Counted from the first letter of the stretch, positions 28,586-38,374 are shown. The stretch is 64,000 nucleotides of DNA from Myxococcota bacterium (GCA_044344255.1 JBIJDH010000021.1:64001-128000); one strand, 5' to 3'. Program-made: numbers and translations. Notes: a model not told the origin generated them from the letters alone.

Positions 28586-29701
28586 ATGGACCGCGATGAG
28601 CTCCCAGGGGCGAACATGATGGAGACGAGCGGGGGCGCTCCCAGTGCCTCGTGGGTCGAGCGGGCCCCGGGGTTCGTGCTGATCGGGATCCTCGGCAGCG
28701 CCCTCTGGACCCTCCGGGGCCTGCCGGCCGCGCTGGAGGCCCCCACCGCGGCGACCCTGCTCGACGGGCGCTACACCGCGGCGACCGCGGCCACCGTCGA
28801 CCGGGAGCTCTCCTTCCGCGAGGAGTCCGTGGCGCTCTGGGCCGCCGCCGAGCTCGCCCTCTTCGGGGTGGGCCGCCCGGGCGTCGTCGTCGGCCGGGAG
28901 GGGTGGCTGTTCTCCACCGAAGAGCTGGAGCCCGGTGCCCCGAACGCGCCCCTGATCCTCGACCTCGCCCAGCGCGCCTCGGCGCGGCTCCGGGCAGAGG
29001 GCGGGAGCCTCGTGGTGGTGGTGCTCCCCGACAAGCTCCGGGTCGAGGCCGCGCAGGCCGGGCGCTTCGGCAGCCCGCCGGAGAACGCCGGTCGCGCCGC
29101 CGCGCTCCGGGCCGCGCTCACGGCCGCAGAGATCCGCGCCCCCGATGTGGAGGGGGCGTTGGTCGCCGCCCACGGGGGGAGCGGCGGTCCGCTCTACTTC
29201 CGCACCGACACCCACTGGACGCCCGTGGGGGCGCAGGTGGCCGCGGGCGCCATCGCCGCCGCCGTGCCGGAGCTCCGGGGGCTGGCCCGCTTCACCGTGG
29301 AGATGGCGCCCGAGGAGGCTTACGCGGGAGACCTCCTCCGCTTCCTGCCCCTCGGGCCCTTCGTCGCCCTCGGCCCCTCCCCGGACCGCCTCGCCCAGCC
29401 CACCACCCGCCGCGTCGCCGCCCCGGCCTCCGCCGCCGACCTCTTCGGTGAGGTGGAGCTGCCGATCACGCTGATCGGCACGTCCTACTCGGCGAACCCG
29501 CGCTGGGACTTCCCCGGCGCCCTCTCCCGCGCCTTCGGGCTCGAGGTCTTGGACCTCTCGGTGGAGGGGGAGGGGCCGATCGCCCCGATGCGGGCCTGGC
29601 TCTCCGCCCCGCTGGAGGGCGGCGCGCCGGCCCTGGTCATCTGGGAGGTGCCGGAGCGGTACCTCGCCGTGGCGCTCCCTCAGCCGAAGGCGGGGGCCTG
29701 A
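28586..29701 (+). CDS. algJ: AlgJ-like SGNH-type O-acetyltransferase
   Basis: GREGWLF, PDK, RTDTHWT (DxH), GTSYS, IWEVPER. Confidence 0.8.
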   Translation: MDRDELPGANMMETSGGAPSASWVERAPGFVLIGILGSALWTLRGLPAALEAPTAATLLDGRYTAATAATVDRELSFREESVALWAAAELALFGVGRPGVVVGREGWLFSTEELEPGAPNAPLILDLAQRASARLRAEGGSLVVVVLPDKLRVEAAQAGRFGSPPENAGRAAALRAALTAAEIRAPDVEGALVAAHGGSGGPLYFRTDTHWTPVGAQVAAGAIAAAVPELRGLARFTVEMAPEEAYAGDLLRFLPLGPFVALGPSPDRLAQPTTRRVAAPASAADLFGEVELPITLIGTSYSANPRWDFPGALSRAFGLEVLDLSVEGEGPIAPMRAWLSAPLEGGAPALVIWEVPERYLAVALPQPKAGA

Positions 29702-29702
29702 C

Positions 29703-31100
29703 ATGTCCCGCCTCCGCGCCGCGCGCGCGCGCGCTGTCACCGTCCCTGTCGTCGTCGCCGTGCTCGTCGTGCTCTTCGGGCTCGGGCTCGGGCCTGGACT
29801 CGCCGGCCGCTCCGGCTGGGCGGCCGCCCCGGCCCTCGCGGAGTCACCGCCCTTCGTGGTCTGTCCGGCCGCGATGGACCCTGCTCGGACCTCCGCCGGC
29901 ATCGGCGGCCTCTTCGGGGGGAAGGACGGTTGGATCTTCCGCGGCGACGCGGACCTCCACCCCACCTTCCGCACAGACGACCTCGCCCTCGAGAGCCTCC
30001 GCCGCTTCACGGTCGCGCTGCGGCGCCGGGGCACCACCCTCGTGCTGGTGCTGCTGCCCCCGCGCGGGCTCCTCGCCCCCGAGGTCGTCGATCCCGGCGC
30101 GCCCTTCGACCTCGTCGCCGCGCGCGCGAGCTGGGAGGCCGCGCTGCAGCGGGTCCGCTCGACCGGCGTCATCGTCCCCGACATCCGCGCCGCCCAGGAG
30201 GCCCAGGGGTCCGCGGAGGCCTGGTTTCACCGCGACCACCACTGGACCAGCCTCGGCGCACGCCTCGCCGCCGAGGCCGTGGCCGCCGCGGTGGCTCCGG
30301 ACACCCTCGGGCTCCCGCGGTCCACCTTCGAGACCACCGAGGGCCCGCCCTATCCGCAGGAGGGCAGCCTCCGAAAGAAGGTCGAGGAGCTCTGCGGCCC
30401 CTCCGGCTGGCCGGGCGACAGCTACCGCACCTTCCACACCCGCTCGACCGCCGCCGCGGACCTCCTCGGCGAGAGCTTCCCCGCCGTGGTCGTCGTCGGC
30501 ACCAGCAACGCCAACAAGAACGACCGCGACCTCTTCAACTTCGGAGGGTGGCTCTCGGAGGCCCTCCACACCGAGGTCGCCAATTGGGGCGTCGACGGGG
30601 GCGGCCCCGAGACCTCGCTCCAGGGATACCTCGACACCGAGGAGGCCCGCGCCCACCCGCCGAAGCTCCTGATCTGGGAGATCCCCGGCCATGTCTCGGT
30701 CGAGGTCGAGAGCCGCTACCGGGAGGCCCTGGCCACCCTCGAGGGCCCCTGCACCGACGCGGAGGCCCTGGCCCTCGGCGGGGGGGCGGTCGATGCCGCG
30801 GGCGTGGAGCTCCTCCCCCCGGACACGAAGCTCCAGGCCGCGGGCGGGCGGATCACCCTCGAGGCCAGCGACCTCGCGTTCTTGGAGTTCAACCTCAACC
30901 TTCGGTACGACCGGAAGGCGCGACAGGGCACCGAGGACCGCTTCCCCGTCCGCCGCTCGCCGCGCCAGCAGAACAACGGCCGCTACTTCGTCGGCCTCGA
31001 CGTGCCCGACGGCGCCTCGCTCGTCGGGGTCCGTCTCGTGCCGAAGGGCCCAGGCGGCGGCACGGTGAAGCTGAGGGTGTGCCCGGCGCCGAAGGGCTGA
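29703..31100 (+). CDS. algX: AlgX-like O-acetyltransferase with C-terminal CBM-like domain
   Basis: GKDGWIF, RDHHWT, VVGTSN, PPKLLIWE, extra C-terminal beta domain. Confidence 0.75.
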   Translation: MSRLRAARARAVTVPVVVAVLVVLFGLGLGPGLAGRSGWAAAPALAESPPFVVCPAAMDPARTSAGIGGLFGGKDGWIFRGDADLHPTFRTDDLALESLRRFTVALRRRGTTLVLVLLPPRGLLAPEVVDPGAPFDLVAARASWEAALQRVRSTGVIVPDIRAAQEAQGSAEAWFHRDHHWTSLGARLAAEAVAAAVAPDTLGLPRSTFETTEGPPYPQEGSLRKKVEELCGPSGWPGDSYRTFHTRSTAAADLLGESFPAVVVVGTSNANKNDRDLFNFGGWLSEALHTEVANWGVDGGGPETSLQGYLDTEEARAHPPKLLIWEIPGHVSVEVESRYREALATLEGPCTDAEALALGGGAVDAAGVELLPPDTKLQAAGGRITLEASDLAFLEFNLNLRYDRKARQGTEDRFPVRRSPRQQNNGRYFVGLDVPDGASLVGVRLVPKGPGGGTVKLRVCPAPKG

Positions 31101-31163
31101 GCGCCGGGAGGACAGGGGAGGGAGCATGCTGTCCGACTCCGCCGGAGGAGGGGAGGGCTCATC

Positions 31164-33047
31164 TCACTCCGGCCCGCCGAAGACGACATACGCCGCGCCG
31201 GCCCACTCTCCATAGGTGCGGTCACCCGCCGCGCCGATCAGCAGATCATCCGCACCGTCCCCGTCCAGGTCGGGGCAGCCTGCCACACGGCCCGCTGCAG
31301 CACCTGGTGCCTCTCCCTGCAGGGTGGCGTCCGCCGAGCCGCGATCCACGGTCCCGCTAAATCCGTCGTAGAAGATATAGATCTCACCGGGGTATCCGTC
31401 CAAAAAGGACCCCACCACGACATCGTCGAGCCCGTCCGCGTCGATGTCGGCATCGACTGATACACTCGATCCAACCTCGTCGAAGGCTGTGTCCCCATAG
31501 ACCACACCATCCGCTTCACTCACCGTTTGAACACCGGTTGCTATCGGGCCGCGAAAGAGCGCCGCCGCGCCCATGTACTCGCCGGAGCTCGCCTCACCCA
31601 GAGCGCCGACCAGAAGGTCATCATGGCCATCCCCGTCGGTGTCTCCACCACAAGAGAGGGAGTATCCCGTGGTGCCAGACCTCTCGTCAGCGCCTTCGAT
31701 GCGCGCGTCAGCGTCGATCAGCGTCCCCTCCCAGTCCGACATGCGCAGGTCGCCGGAGAACGGGCCATCCATCAGATACACGAGGCCCCAGGTCATGAAG
31801 TCCCTGCGGCTCTCCGCCCCCAGGGAAGGCGCGCCGATCGCGAGGTCGGCCTCGCCGTCCCCGTTGAGGTCACCGCTGCAGAGGGCCCAGCCGAAGTTGC
31901 CATACTCGTGGCCCACATCTGGCTGAAAGGAGGCGACGGCGGAGTGAGTGCGCTCGCTGCTCTCCAGGGGGCCCTCGAAGATGTACACCGCACCGACATC
32001 CGCGCCCCAGTAACCGTCCTGAAAGAGGTTCCCCGAGCCGCCGATGGCGAAGCGCCGATTTCCCAGCGCCGCGACGCTCCCACCCAATTGGACGCTGCCA
32101 AAATCGTCGATCAGGGTGGTGTCAGCATCGGAGACGAGGAGGGGCCCCACCACCGGCCCGTTGAAGAGCGCCGTCTCCACCAGCACCTCGTCGTACCCGT
32201 CCAGGTCCAGGTCGCCCACGAAGCCCATGCCATGCCAGGTCAGCGGGGCCTCGGGTTCCCCCCAGATCGAGGCCGCGGCCACGTCCTCGAGCAGCACTTC
32301 GCCGGTGGACAGCCCCCCCACCAGCCAAGCCCCCCCCGGGCCGGGGGCCCCCTCGGCGTCGAAATCGTACTCCTCCGTCTCTCCGATGAGCAGCTCCGGC
32401 TGCCCGTCCCCATCGGTGTCCCCGCCGCAGGTGACCGCGGCCCCGGTGAGGCCGCCCTCCGTCGAGCCCAGGTACTTCACGCCGCTGTCCGCGAGGCTCA
32501 GCTCACCCTCCGGCCGGCAGCGGCTGTCGGGCTCACCGGTGCAGCCGTCGTCGAGGCCGTTGCCGCAGATGTCCGGGGCGCCCGGATAGACCGCGGCGCG
32601 GCTGTCATCGCAGTCCTCTCCGGTGGCGAGGTAGCCTGTGGGGCTGTCGCAGCGCGCCTCGGGCGCAGACTCATCACCCCAGCCGTCTCCGTCCACGTCT
32701 GGATAGAGCAGCGTCGTCGGGAGCCCTTCGTCGATCTCGCTGTCACAGTCGTCGTCTCGAGCGTTACACCGCTCCGCCGCGCCCGGATGAATGAGCGTGT
32801 CAGCGTCGTCACAGTCCTGGTCATCGGCCACAAAGCCGGCCGGCGCGACCTCGGCCTCCACCGGGGCCGCGGGGTCACCATATCCGTCGAGGTCGACGTC
32901 GGGGTACCAGGTGGAGCGGGGCGGCGCGGAGTCGGAGGCGCCGGTGTCGCCGGTGGGGGCGCCGCTGTCGGCCGTCAGCGGGGGGCCTTCGCCCTTGGGG
33001 CTGCAGGCCCCGAGAAAGGCGAGGAGGAGGGGGAGGAAGGCGGCCAT
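31164..33047 (-). CDS. Lipoprotein with MopE-type metal-binding repeats and FG-GAP/integrin-alpha repeats
   Basis: LGAC lipobox; WYPDVDLDGYGD, DCDD...PGA.E.C...DDDC repeats; GD.DGDG..DLL.GA repeats. Confidence 0.9.
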   Translation of the reverse strand: MAAFLPLLLAFLGACSPKGEGPPLTADSGAPTGDTGASDSAPPRSTWYPDVDLDGYGDPAAPVEAEVAPAGFVADDQDCDDADTLIHPGAAERCNARDDDCDSEIDEGLPTTLLYPDVDGDGWGDESAPEARCDSPTGYLATGEDCDDSRAAVYPGAPDICGNGLDDGCTGEPDSRCRPEGELSLADSGVKYLGSTEGGLTGAAVTCGGDTDGDGQPELLIGETEEYDFDAEGAPGPGGAWLVGGLSTGEVLLEDVAAASIWGEPEAPLTWHGMGFVGDLDLDGYDEVLVETALFNGPVVGPLLVSDADTTLIDDFGSVQLGGSVAALGNRRFAIGGSGNLFQDGYWGADVGAVYIFEGPLESSERTHSAVASFQPDVGHEYGNFGWALCSGDLNGDGEADLAIGAPSLGAESRRDFMTWGLVYLMDGPFSGDLRMSDWEGTLIDADARIEGADERSGTTGYSLSCGGDTDGDGHDDLLVGALGEASSGEYMGAAALFRGPIATGVQTVSEADGVVYGDTAFDEVGSSVSVDADIDADGLDDVVVGSFLDGYPGEIYIFYDGFSGTVDRGSADATLQGEAPGAAAGRVAGCPDLDGDGADDLLIGAAGDRTYGEWAGAAYVVFGGPE

Positions 33048-34567
33048 CAGTTGGTGAGCTCAGCGAAGACAATTGCAGCATCATCTCCTGCGTTGACCCC
33101 ACCGTCATCGTCAAGTCCCGTTCCGCATCCGGCGCCATCCAGGAGCTTGAACGCCATCGCGGAGCGAGCGGTCCCGCTGGTGACATGGACTACCGCCGAG
33201 ACATTTTCGATGCAGTCATGGCTCGGCCCGCTGCTCGAGCCGTCCCAGTCGAAGTCGATCGGCACCTCGTCTCCCCATGTCGCTCCGTCCCAGTAGATGA
33301 CATACCACTCGTAGGGAGAGTTCCACTGTTTGTAATACAACTTGTACTCTCCGTTGGGCAGCGGGACGAGCGTGTTGTCATGGACGTCCGTCACCTGCAC
33401 CACCGGGCAGTCGGGGGAGCCACCGTCGGTGACCACGGTCCAGTCCCAGGTGAGGCCATTCCAGGCGCCCTCCGCCCGAGCGACGTCGTCGTGCGAGCCG
33501 GGATCTGCGCAGCTTGACGAGCCTGGCCTCTTCATGTTGAACATCATGAAGGGGTAGTCGGTACCGGCGTCGATGTACGGGTCGCCGAGGTAGTTCCACC
33601 CGACACGGCCGTGCTGGGCGTGCACGACGTAGTCAGTGCCGCTCCCGCCGTCCGCCGCGATCGCCACGTAGCCATCGCCGTCCAGGAGGGTGGAGGAGCA
33701 GGTCCCGCCGCTGCAGAGCCCGAAGTCATCCCCCACCTCGTCGGTGGACTCGATCTGGAGCACCTCCTTGTTGGTGCGATCCTGGCTCTGCAAGAAGAGC
33801 TGCACCCGCCGATAGCCGGCCTCACGGGTGAGCATGGCCCAGGGGTGATCGGCCTTGTAGTCGTGGTCCCCCGAGTCAGCCGATCCCTCGGCGACCAGCG
33901 TGGCGGTGGCCCAGCTCGCAGGGTCGTTCAAGGCGCCGGTCGGCCAGCCCGTAGAGTCGTTGATGGTGTAATAGACCTTGCTGACCGATCCGCCGGCCGC
34001 CTCGCTGTAGTAGAGGCCCATCCGGTTGCCGAGGGAGAGGCTCCAGTCGGTAGGGTAGAAGAAGACGTGGGGCGCGTTGGCGTCCTGGTCATCCACCGCC
34101 ACGGAGCTGACGTCCGTTGGGCCCGTGACGTCGGTGAGCTCCCACGTCTCAAAGTCGGTCTGGGCGAGGGCGGTCGTGTTTGTCGCGACCTCGTAGCTGC
34201 CGCTGCCATCGCCATACTGGGAGACACACAGCGCAGACTCGCAGGCGAAGAGCGCGTAGGCGTAGTCCTTGCCGGAGCGATGCATGGTGTCTGTGATGGT
34301 CGTCGTCGCCGCAGACATGTTGGCGACGAGGGTGCCGCTGTTCGCCGTGGAAGGCGGGGTAGAGCCCTCCGCTCTGCGCAGCGTCAGCTTGTTCGTCCCG
34401 CCCCAGTTGTCTCCCGGGGGGGCCGGCGGGTTGCTACAAGCGCTCGGCGGAGCCGACGACCACGAGATCGTGATCGAGGCAGACTCGGCCCCGCCGGTAG
34501 CAGTCGCGAGGACGATCGGGTTCCAGGTGCCACAGACCGCTTCCGCGTTCGGAGTGATGAGCAACAC
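33047..34567 (-). CDS. Hypothetical secreted protein; probable true start TTG 34614 is out of frame at the current repeat number
   Basis: 506-aa ORF, translationally coupled (TGATG) to the downstream gene; begins mid signal peptide (VLLITPNAEA). Confidence 0.7.
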   Translation of the reverse strand: MLLITPNAEAVCGTWNPIVLATATGGAESASITISWSSAPPSACSNPPAPPGDNWGGTNKLTLRRAEGSTPPSTANSGTLVANMSAATTTITDTMHRSGKDYAYALFACESALCVSQYGDGSGSYEVATNTTALAQTDFETWELTDVTGPTDVSSVAVDDQDANAPHVFFYPTDWSLSLGNRMGLYYSEAAGGSVSKVYYTINDSTGWPTGALNDPASWATATLVAEGSADSGDHDYKADHPWAMLTREAGYRRVQLFLQSQDRTNKEVLQIESTDEVGDDFGLCSGGTCSSTLLDGDGYVAIAADGGSGTDYVVHAQHGRVGWNYLGDPYIDAGTDYPFMMFNMKRPGSSSCADPGSHDDVARAEGAWNGLTWDWTVVTDGGSPDCPVVQVTDVHDNTLVPLPNGEYKLYYKQWNSPYEWYVIYWDGATWGDEVPIDFDWDGSSSGPSHDCIENVSAVVHVTSGTARSAMAFKLLDGAGCGTGLDDDGGVNAGDDAAIVFAELTN

Positions 34568-34578
34568 CGCGTTCAGAA

Positions 34579-34608
34579 AGGAGAGGAGAGGAGAGGAGAG
34601 GAGAGGAG
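34579..34608. repeat. Simple sequence repeat (AGGAG)6 / (CTCCT)6
   Basis: Counted directly. Confidence 0.95.
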
Positions 34609-34813
34609 AATCAAAGGGCCTCCAGTGGTATCGTCACCCGCAGAGCTGAATCCAAGCGCGACGAAATCAAGGTAACACAGATCTGGGGCGTCGCCGTCGA
34701 AATGGAGGGCGATCAGGCCAACGGCCCAGCAGATCTGACCATCGTCACAGGGCAGTGAGCGCCATCGTGTCTTCGCAAACGCCCTGGCCCTCCACGTCAG
34801 CGGCCGATGGGGG

Positions 34814-34907
34814 CTGGTCATCGACCACGAAGCCGGCCGGCGCGACCTCGGCCTCCACGGGGGCCGTCGGGTCACCATACCCGTCCAGGTCGACGTCGGG
34901 GTACCAG
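34814..34907 (-). repeat. 94-bp imperfect direct copy of 32817-32910 (MopE-repeat coding segment); gene remnant
   Basis: Both copies encode WYPDVDLDGYGDP.APVEAEVAPAGFV.DDQ. Confidence 0.9.
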
Positions 34908-34968
34908 AGGGAGAGGGGGAGGCCAAGACCCGCACGGGCGAGGGGCCGGAGCGAACCGTGGGTCGATC

Positions 34969-35193
34969 GCCCTTCGGGGCCATGCCACTGCCCTTCGGGG
35001 CCATGCCACTGCCCTTCGGGGCCATGCCACTGCCCTTCGGGGCCATGCCACCGCCCTTCGGGGCCATGCCACTGCCCTTCGGGGCCATGCCACCGCCCTT
35101 CGGGGCCATGCCACCGCCCTTCGGGGCCATGCCACTGCCCTTCGGGGCCATGCCACTGCCCTTCGGGGCCATGCCACTGCCCTTCGGGGCCAT
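34969..35193. repeat. 21-bp tandem repeat GCCCTTCGGGGCCATGCCACY, 10 full units plus a 15-nt partial
   Basis: Counted directly; no spacers. Confidence 0.97.
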
Positions 35194-35249
35194 CGCGCGG
35201 CCGGTCACCGCCCCGCGTGAATCGCCCCCCACCCCATGTCAAGGGGCGC

Positions 35250-35440
35250 CATCACCGGCGCCGAGGTCAAGCGGCGGTATGGCGAGCGTTTCTCCTGCGA
35301 AGAGATGTTCCGCGACTTCAAGGACCTGCGGTATGACTGGGGGCTCTCCTGGACCCACATCGGCACCACCGCGCGCCGGGACAGCCTCTTCCTCCTCGCC
35401 GCGATGGCCTTCGTCCTCTTGATCCTCTCTCGGCACCGCC
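35250..35440 (+). mobile_element. IS4-family transposase C-terminal remnant
   Basis: YGERFSCEEMFRDFK fits the IS4 Y-x2-R-x3-E-x6-K signature; N-terminal part missing; boundaries approximate. Confidence 0.7.
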
Positions 35441-35579
35441 AATGGCGCCCTGCAACCGTACGAGTCGATGCAGGTCACTCTGTTGGGGGAGTCGTGGCAA
35501 TAGCCGCCTTGATAGGCTAAACGTATGAGGGGCTCCCCCAGAAGGCCAGGGGAGGCCGGGTGGGGCCAGGGCCGCTCAT

Positions 35580-36202
35580 TCAAGTGGTTTGTTCACGGGC
35601 CTTGGCGTCGAGCCGAGCGAGGATCGACCGCGCGAGCTCCTCGAAGTCCTCTCGACATCGCTGAACCGCGGACATCTGCGCCCCGATCGCGCCGTCCGCC
35701 GCCCGAAGGGCGAACATCGGCTTCTTGGCGTCCTGCGCGAGCGGCTTCAGGCTCTGGTAGTGGCGCATCACGCCGAGGCAGGCCGGATCTACGTCCGTGG
35801 ACGCCGGAGGGGTACCGGAGTGCCCGAGCTGCCTATGTACCTCCCCCGGCATCTGCTGCACCCAGCGTTCGTAGGCTCGGATCGGCCGGTTCAACCGCAT
35901 CTCCGCCTGCATGACCACATATCCTATGGCCTCCATCCGTCCGGCGGGGAGCCACAGCTCTCGGTCCGGGCAGCGCCCTCTTCGCTCACCCCAGCCGATT
36001 CGCCAGTCGGCCAGCGCCGGTCCGAGGTTGCGGAGGCCCTGCATGGAGAACAAGTCCGGCGCCAGGGGGAGGATGACGTAGTCGGCGCCGATGAGCACCG
36101 CTCGATTGATCGCGCCCAAATTCGGCCCCACGTCTACGATCGCGATGTCGGCCCGGTGCGCGATACCCGCTTCCCGGGTCAGGCGGGAGAGAGGGTTCCC
36201 AT
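35580..36202 (-). pseudogene. ParA-family ATPase lacking the Walker A half
   Basis: IVDVGPNLGAINRAVLIGADYVILPLAPDLFSMQGL present but no KGGVGKT; ATG at 36202 is out of frame with the remainder. Confidence 0.75.
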
Positions 36203-36203
36203 T

Positions 36204-36785
36204 CTACCGACAGGCTCGCCTCGCGATCGGCACGCCCGCTCCAAACCGCTGAACAATACCCAATCGGTGTAGCGCGCCCGCGAGGGTGGGGTTTCGATAG
36301 TCATTTCCGCCTAGCGCGCCGAAGGTCTCCGGGTTGGCACGACCATACAAGCCGCCTGGATTGTGATTTTCAACTCGGTCGGAGAACCAATACCACTGGG
36401 TGGGTGCGTTGCCCGTCTCGGTGGGGACACCGTCTGGGCTCGCCGAGTGGAGCGCGGAGGGCTGCTCAGCCAGGGACCGACCGCCTTCGCGGATGACCGA
36501 GGGGTCGACGGCGCTCGGTCGGTGTTCGTGGGTGAAGAGACCCATGTCGAGATCGCGGAGGGTGGTGCCCGAGATCGCTCGCTGGTCGAGGGGAAGGTCC
36601 CACCCGCGTCGCCGTTCTGTGAGGACCCTCACTTGATCGCGCGTCGCGATCCCCCGGTTAGGCCCCGTCCGCACGCGCACCACGCCGCGGTGTTGGACGG
36701 GCGGCTCGTGGGAAGGCTCCGTTCTCTCGATGTTCGGGGCCTCCAGGCGCCAGGCGGCCTGGGCGAGGGCGTCTGGGGTGAGCAC
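36204..36785 (-). pseudogene. Degraded AlbA_2/HATPase_c_4 (RecG-C-terminal-like) ATP-binding protein
   Basis: FSDRVE.HNPGGLYG...YRNP.LA.AL..LG.VQRFG.G; short, with an apparent internal deletion. Confidence 0.65.
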
Positions 36786-36873
36786 GGGGCTGGTCTCGCG
36801 GCGCGATTGGGATGGTGCTGGAGCCCTCGGCGCTGAGCCGGGCTAACTGTCCCCCCATCCCGCCGCGCCCCGC

Positions 36874-37494
36874 TCAGGGCTCGTAGCCGTAGAGCCCGCC
36901 CGCCCTGAGCTCACCCTCGCCGAAGAGCCGCCCGTCGCGGACGCGGAAGCCGCCCAGGCCGCCGTCGATGAGCGTGCCGCCCGCGCCTTCGAGCAGGGCG
37001 CCGTCTACGGCGTCGAGGCCGGGGCCGTGCTGGCCGGCGTCGAGGTCGAGGAGCCGGGTGACCGAGATCTCGGCGGTGCGGCCGTCGTCATAGAGGTCGA
37101 AGACGGTCACGGCCACGTCGTCAGCGGCGCCGTCGCCGTCGAGGTCACCCTTGCGGGCGGTCACGAAGAAGGCGGAGCTCGGGGTGGCACGGTCGGTGAG
37201 CGCGACGCCGATGAGGCGCTCGCCCTCGAGCTCGAAGACCGCGGGGGTGAGCGCGGTGGTCTCGACGCGGAGGTCGCTCAGCTCGAGGTCGAGCTCGGCG
37301 AGGAGGAGGGGGTCCATGATGCCGTCCTCGAGGTCCGTCATCAGCTTCTTCTTGAAGTCGAGGCACTGTGCCGGCGACAGCTCCGGCGGGCAGAGGATGA
37401 AGCTGCCGCCGCCGCCGAGGAGGCCGCCGCCGAGGATGTCGCCGGCGTGCGCGGGGGAGAGGGCGGCGAGCAGGGCGAAGATGGACAGGGTCAT
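36874..37494 (-). CDS. Hypothetical secreted protein
   Basis: AGGAG RBS; signal peptide MTLSIFALLAALSPAHA; one GDLDGDG motif. Confidence 0.7.
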   Translation of the reverse strand: MTLSIFALLAALSPAHAGDILGGGLLGGGGSFILCPPELSPAQCLDFKKKLMTDLEDGIMDPLLLAELDLELSDLRVETTALTPAVFELEGERLIGVALTDRATPSSAFFVTARKGDLDGDGAADDVAVTVFDLYDDGRTAEISVTRLLDLDAGQHGPGLDAVDGALLEGAGGTLIDGGLGGFRVRDGRLFGEGELRAGGLYGYEP

Positions 37495-37535
37495 GGGGCT
37501 CTCCTGGGCTCGGGAACGGTGACGACGATCCTGAC

Positions 37536-37551
37536 AGCACGAAGTGTGCCG
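37536..37551 (-). promoter_or_regulatory. Possible sigma54 promoter for 36874..37494
   Basis: Minus strand CGGCACA-CTTC-GTGCT with correct GG-N10-GC spacing. Confidence 0.45.
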
Positions 37552-37755
37552 GGGTCGTCGCTTGTCGTCGCCTCCGCACACGATGGCAGAAGATCGGCGA
37601 TGGCGCGCCCACACGGGCCCACAGGCACCCACACGGGCCTACAGGCGCCCACAGCGCGGTGCGCGGTTTGGAGGAGCGGGCGCGGCGCGTCGGCGAACCG
37701 GCGAACGGCGGTGAACGGGGAGGTCGCGGCGCGGTGTTTGTGACAGCAATTGGTG

Positions 37756-37784
37756 TTGACATCAAATGCTGGCAACATTACAGT
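37756..37784 (+). promoter_or_regulatory. Sigma70-type promoter with overlapping inverted repeat
   Basis: TTGACA-17 bp-TACAGT; TGTTGACA-N8-TGGCAACA dyad; ATG 6 nt after the -10 element. Confidence 0.7.
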
Positions 37785-37790
37785 AATGAC

Positions 37791-38374
37791 ATGACGCCTC
37801 GCCTGACCGACCTCCGCGACCAGACCTTCACGCTCCCCGAGCTCTGCCTCCGGGCGGAAGCGTTGATCCGATCGGTCGGATCGACCCCCGCCGACCAGCG
37901 GGTCACCCCCTTCCCGGACGTGCGCACCACCCGCTACTACCAGACCCTCGGCCTCGTCGATCGTCCCCTCCGCCATGACGGTCGCAGCGCGATCTACGGC
38001 TACCGGCACCTGCTGCAGGCGGTGGCGGTCAAGCTCCTGCAGAACGAGGGCTGGTCGCTGTCACGATTGCAGCAATCGTTGGCGGGGGTCTCGACCGAGG
38101 CCCTCGAGGTGGCCGTCGAAGAGTCCCTCCTCCCGAGCGGCGAGGCCGCGCCCCCTGCGGAGGCGCGCCCCGATGACGCGCGGCGCGCGCATGCGCGCGC
38201 AGCGCCCGCGCCGCCGGGTCCGCCCGCGCCGCCGGGTCCGGCCCCCTGGGTGGCGGCCGCCCTGGCCCCGGGCCTCGTGATCAGCATCGACCCCGCCCTC
38301 CACCCTGACCCTCCCGCCATCATCGCCGCGTTGTCGCTTCTCTTCTCCGCATCCCGTCCCGATCAGGAGCTCCC

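Noticed and set aside
27035..30184. Long antisense ORFs (also 11257..13497, 16203..18527, 38363..40846, 50279..52606, 55052..57817, 55948..58518)
   Set aside because: Expected stop-poor shadows of real genes in high-GC DNA; no domain motifs.
34969..35193. CRISPR array
   Set aside because: Repeats are contiguous with no unique spacers, and there are no cas genes in the window.
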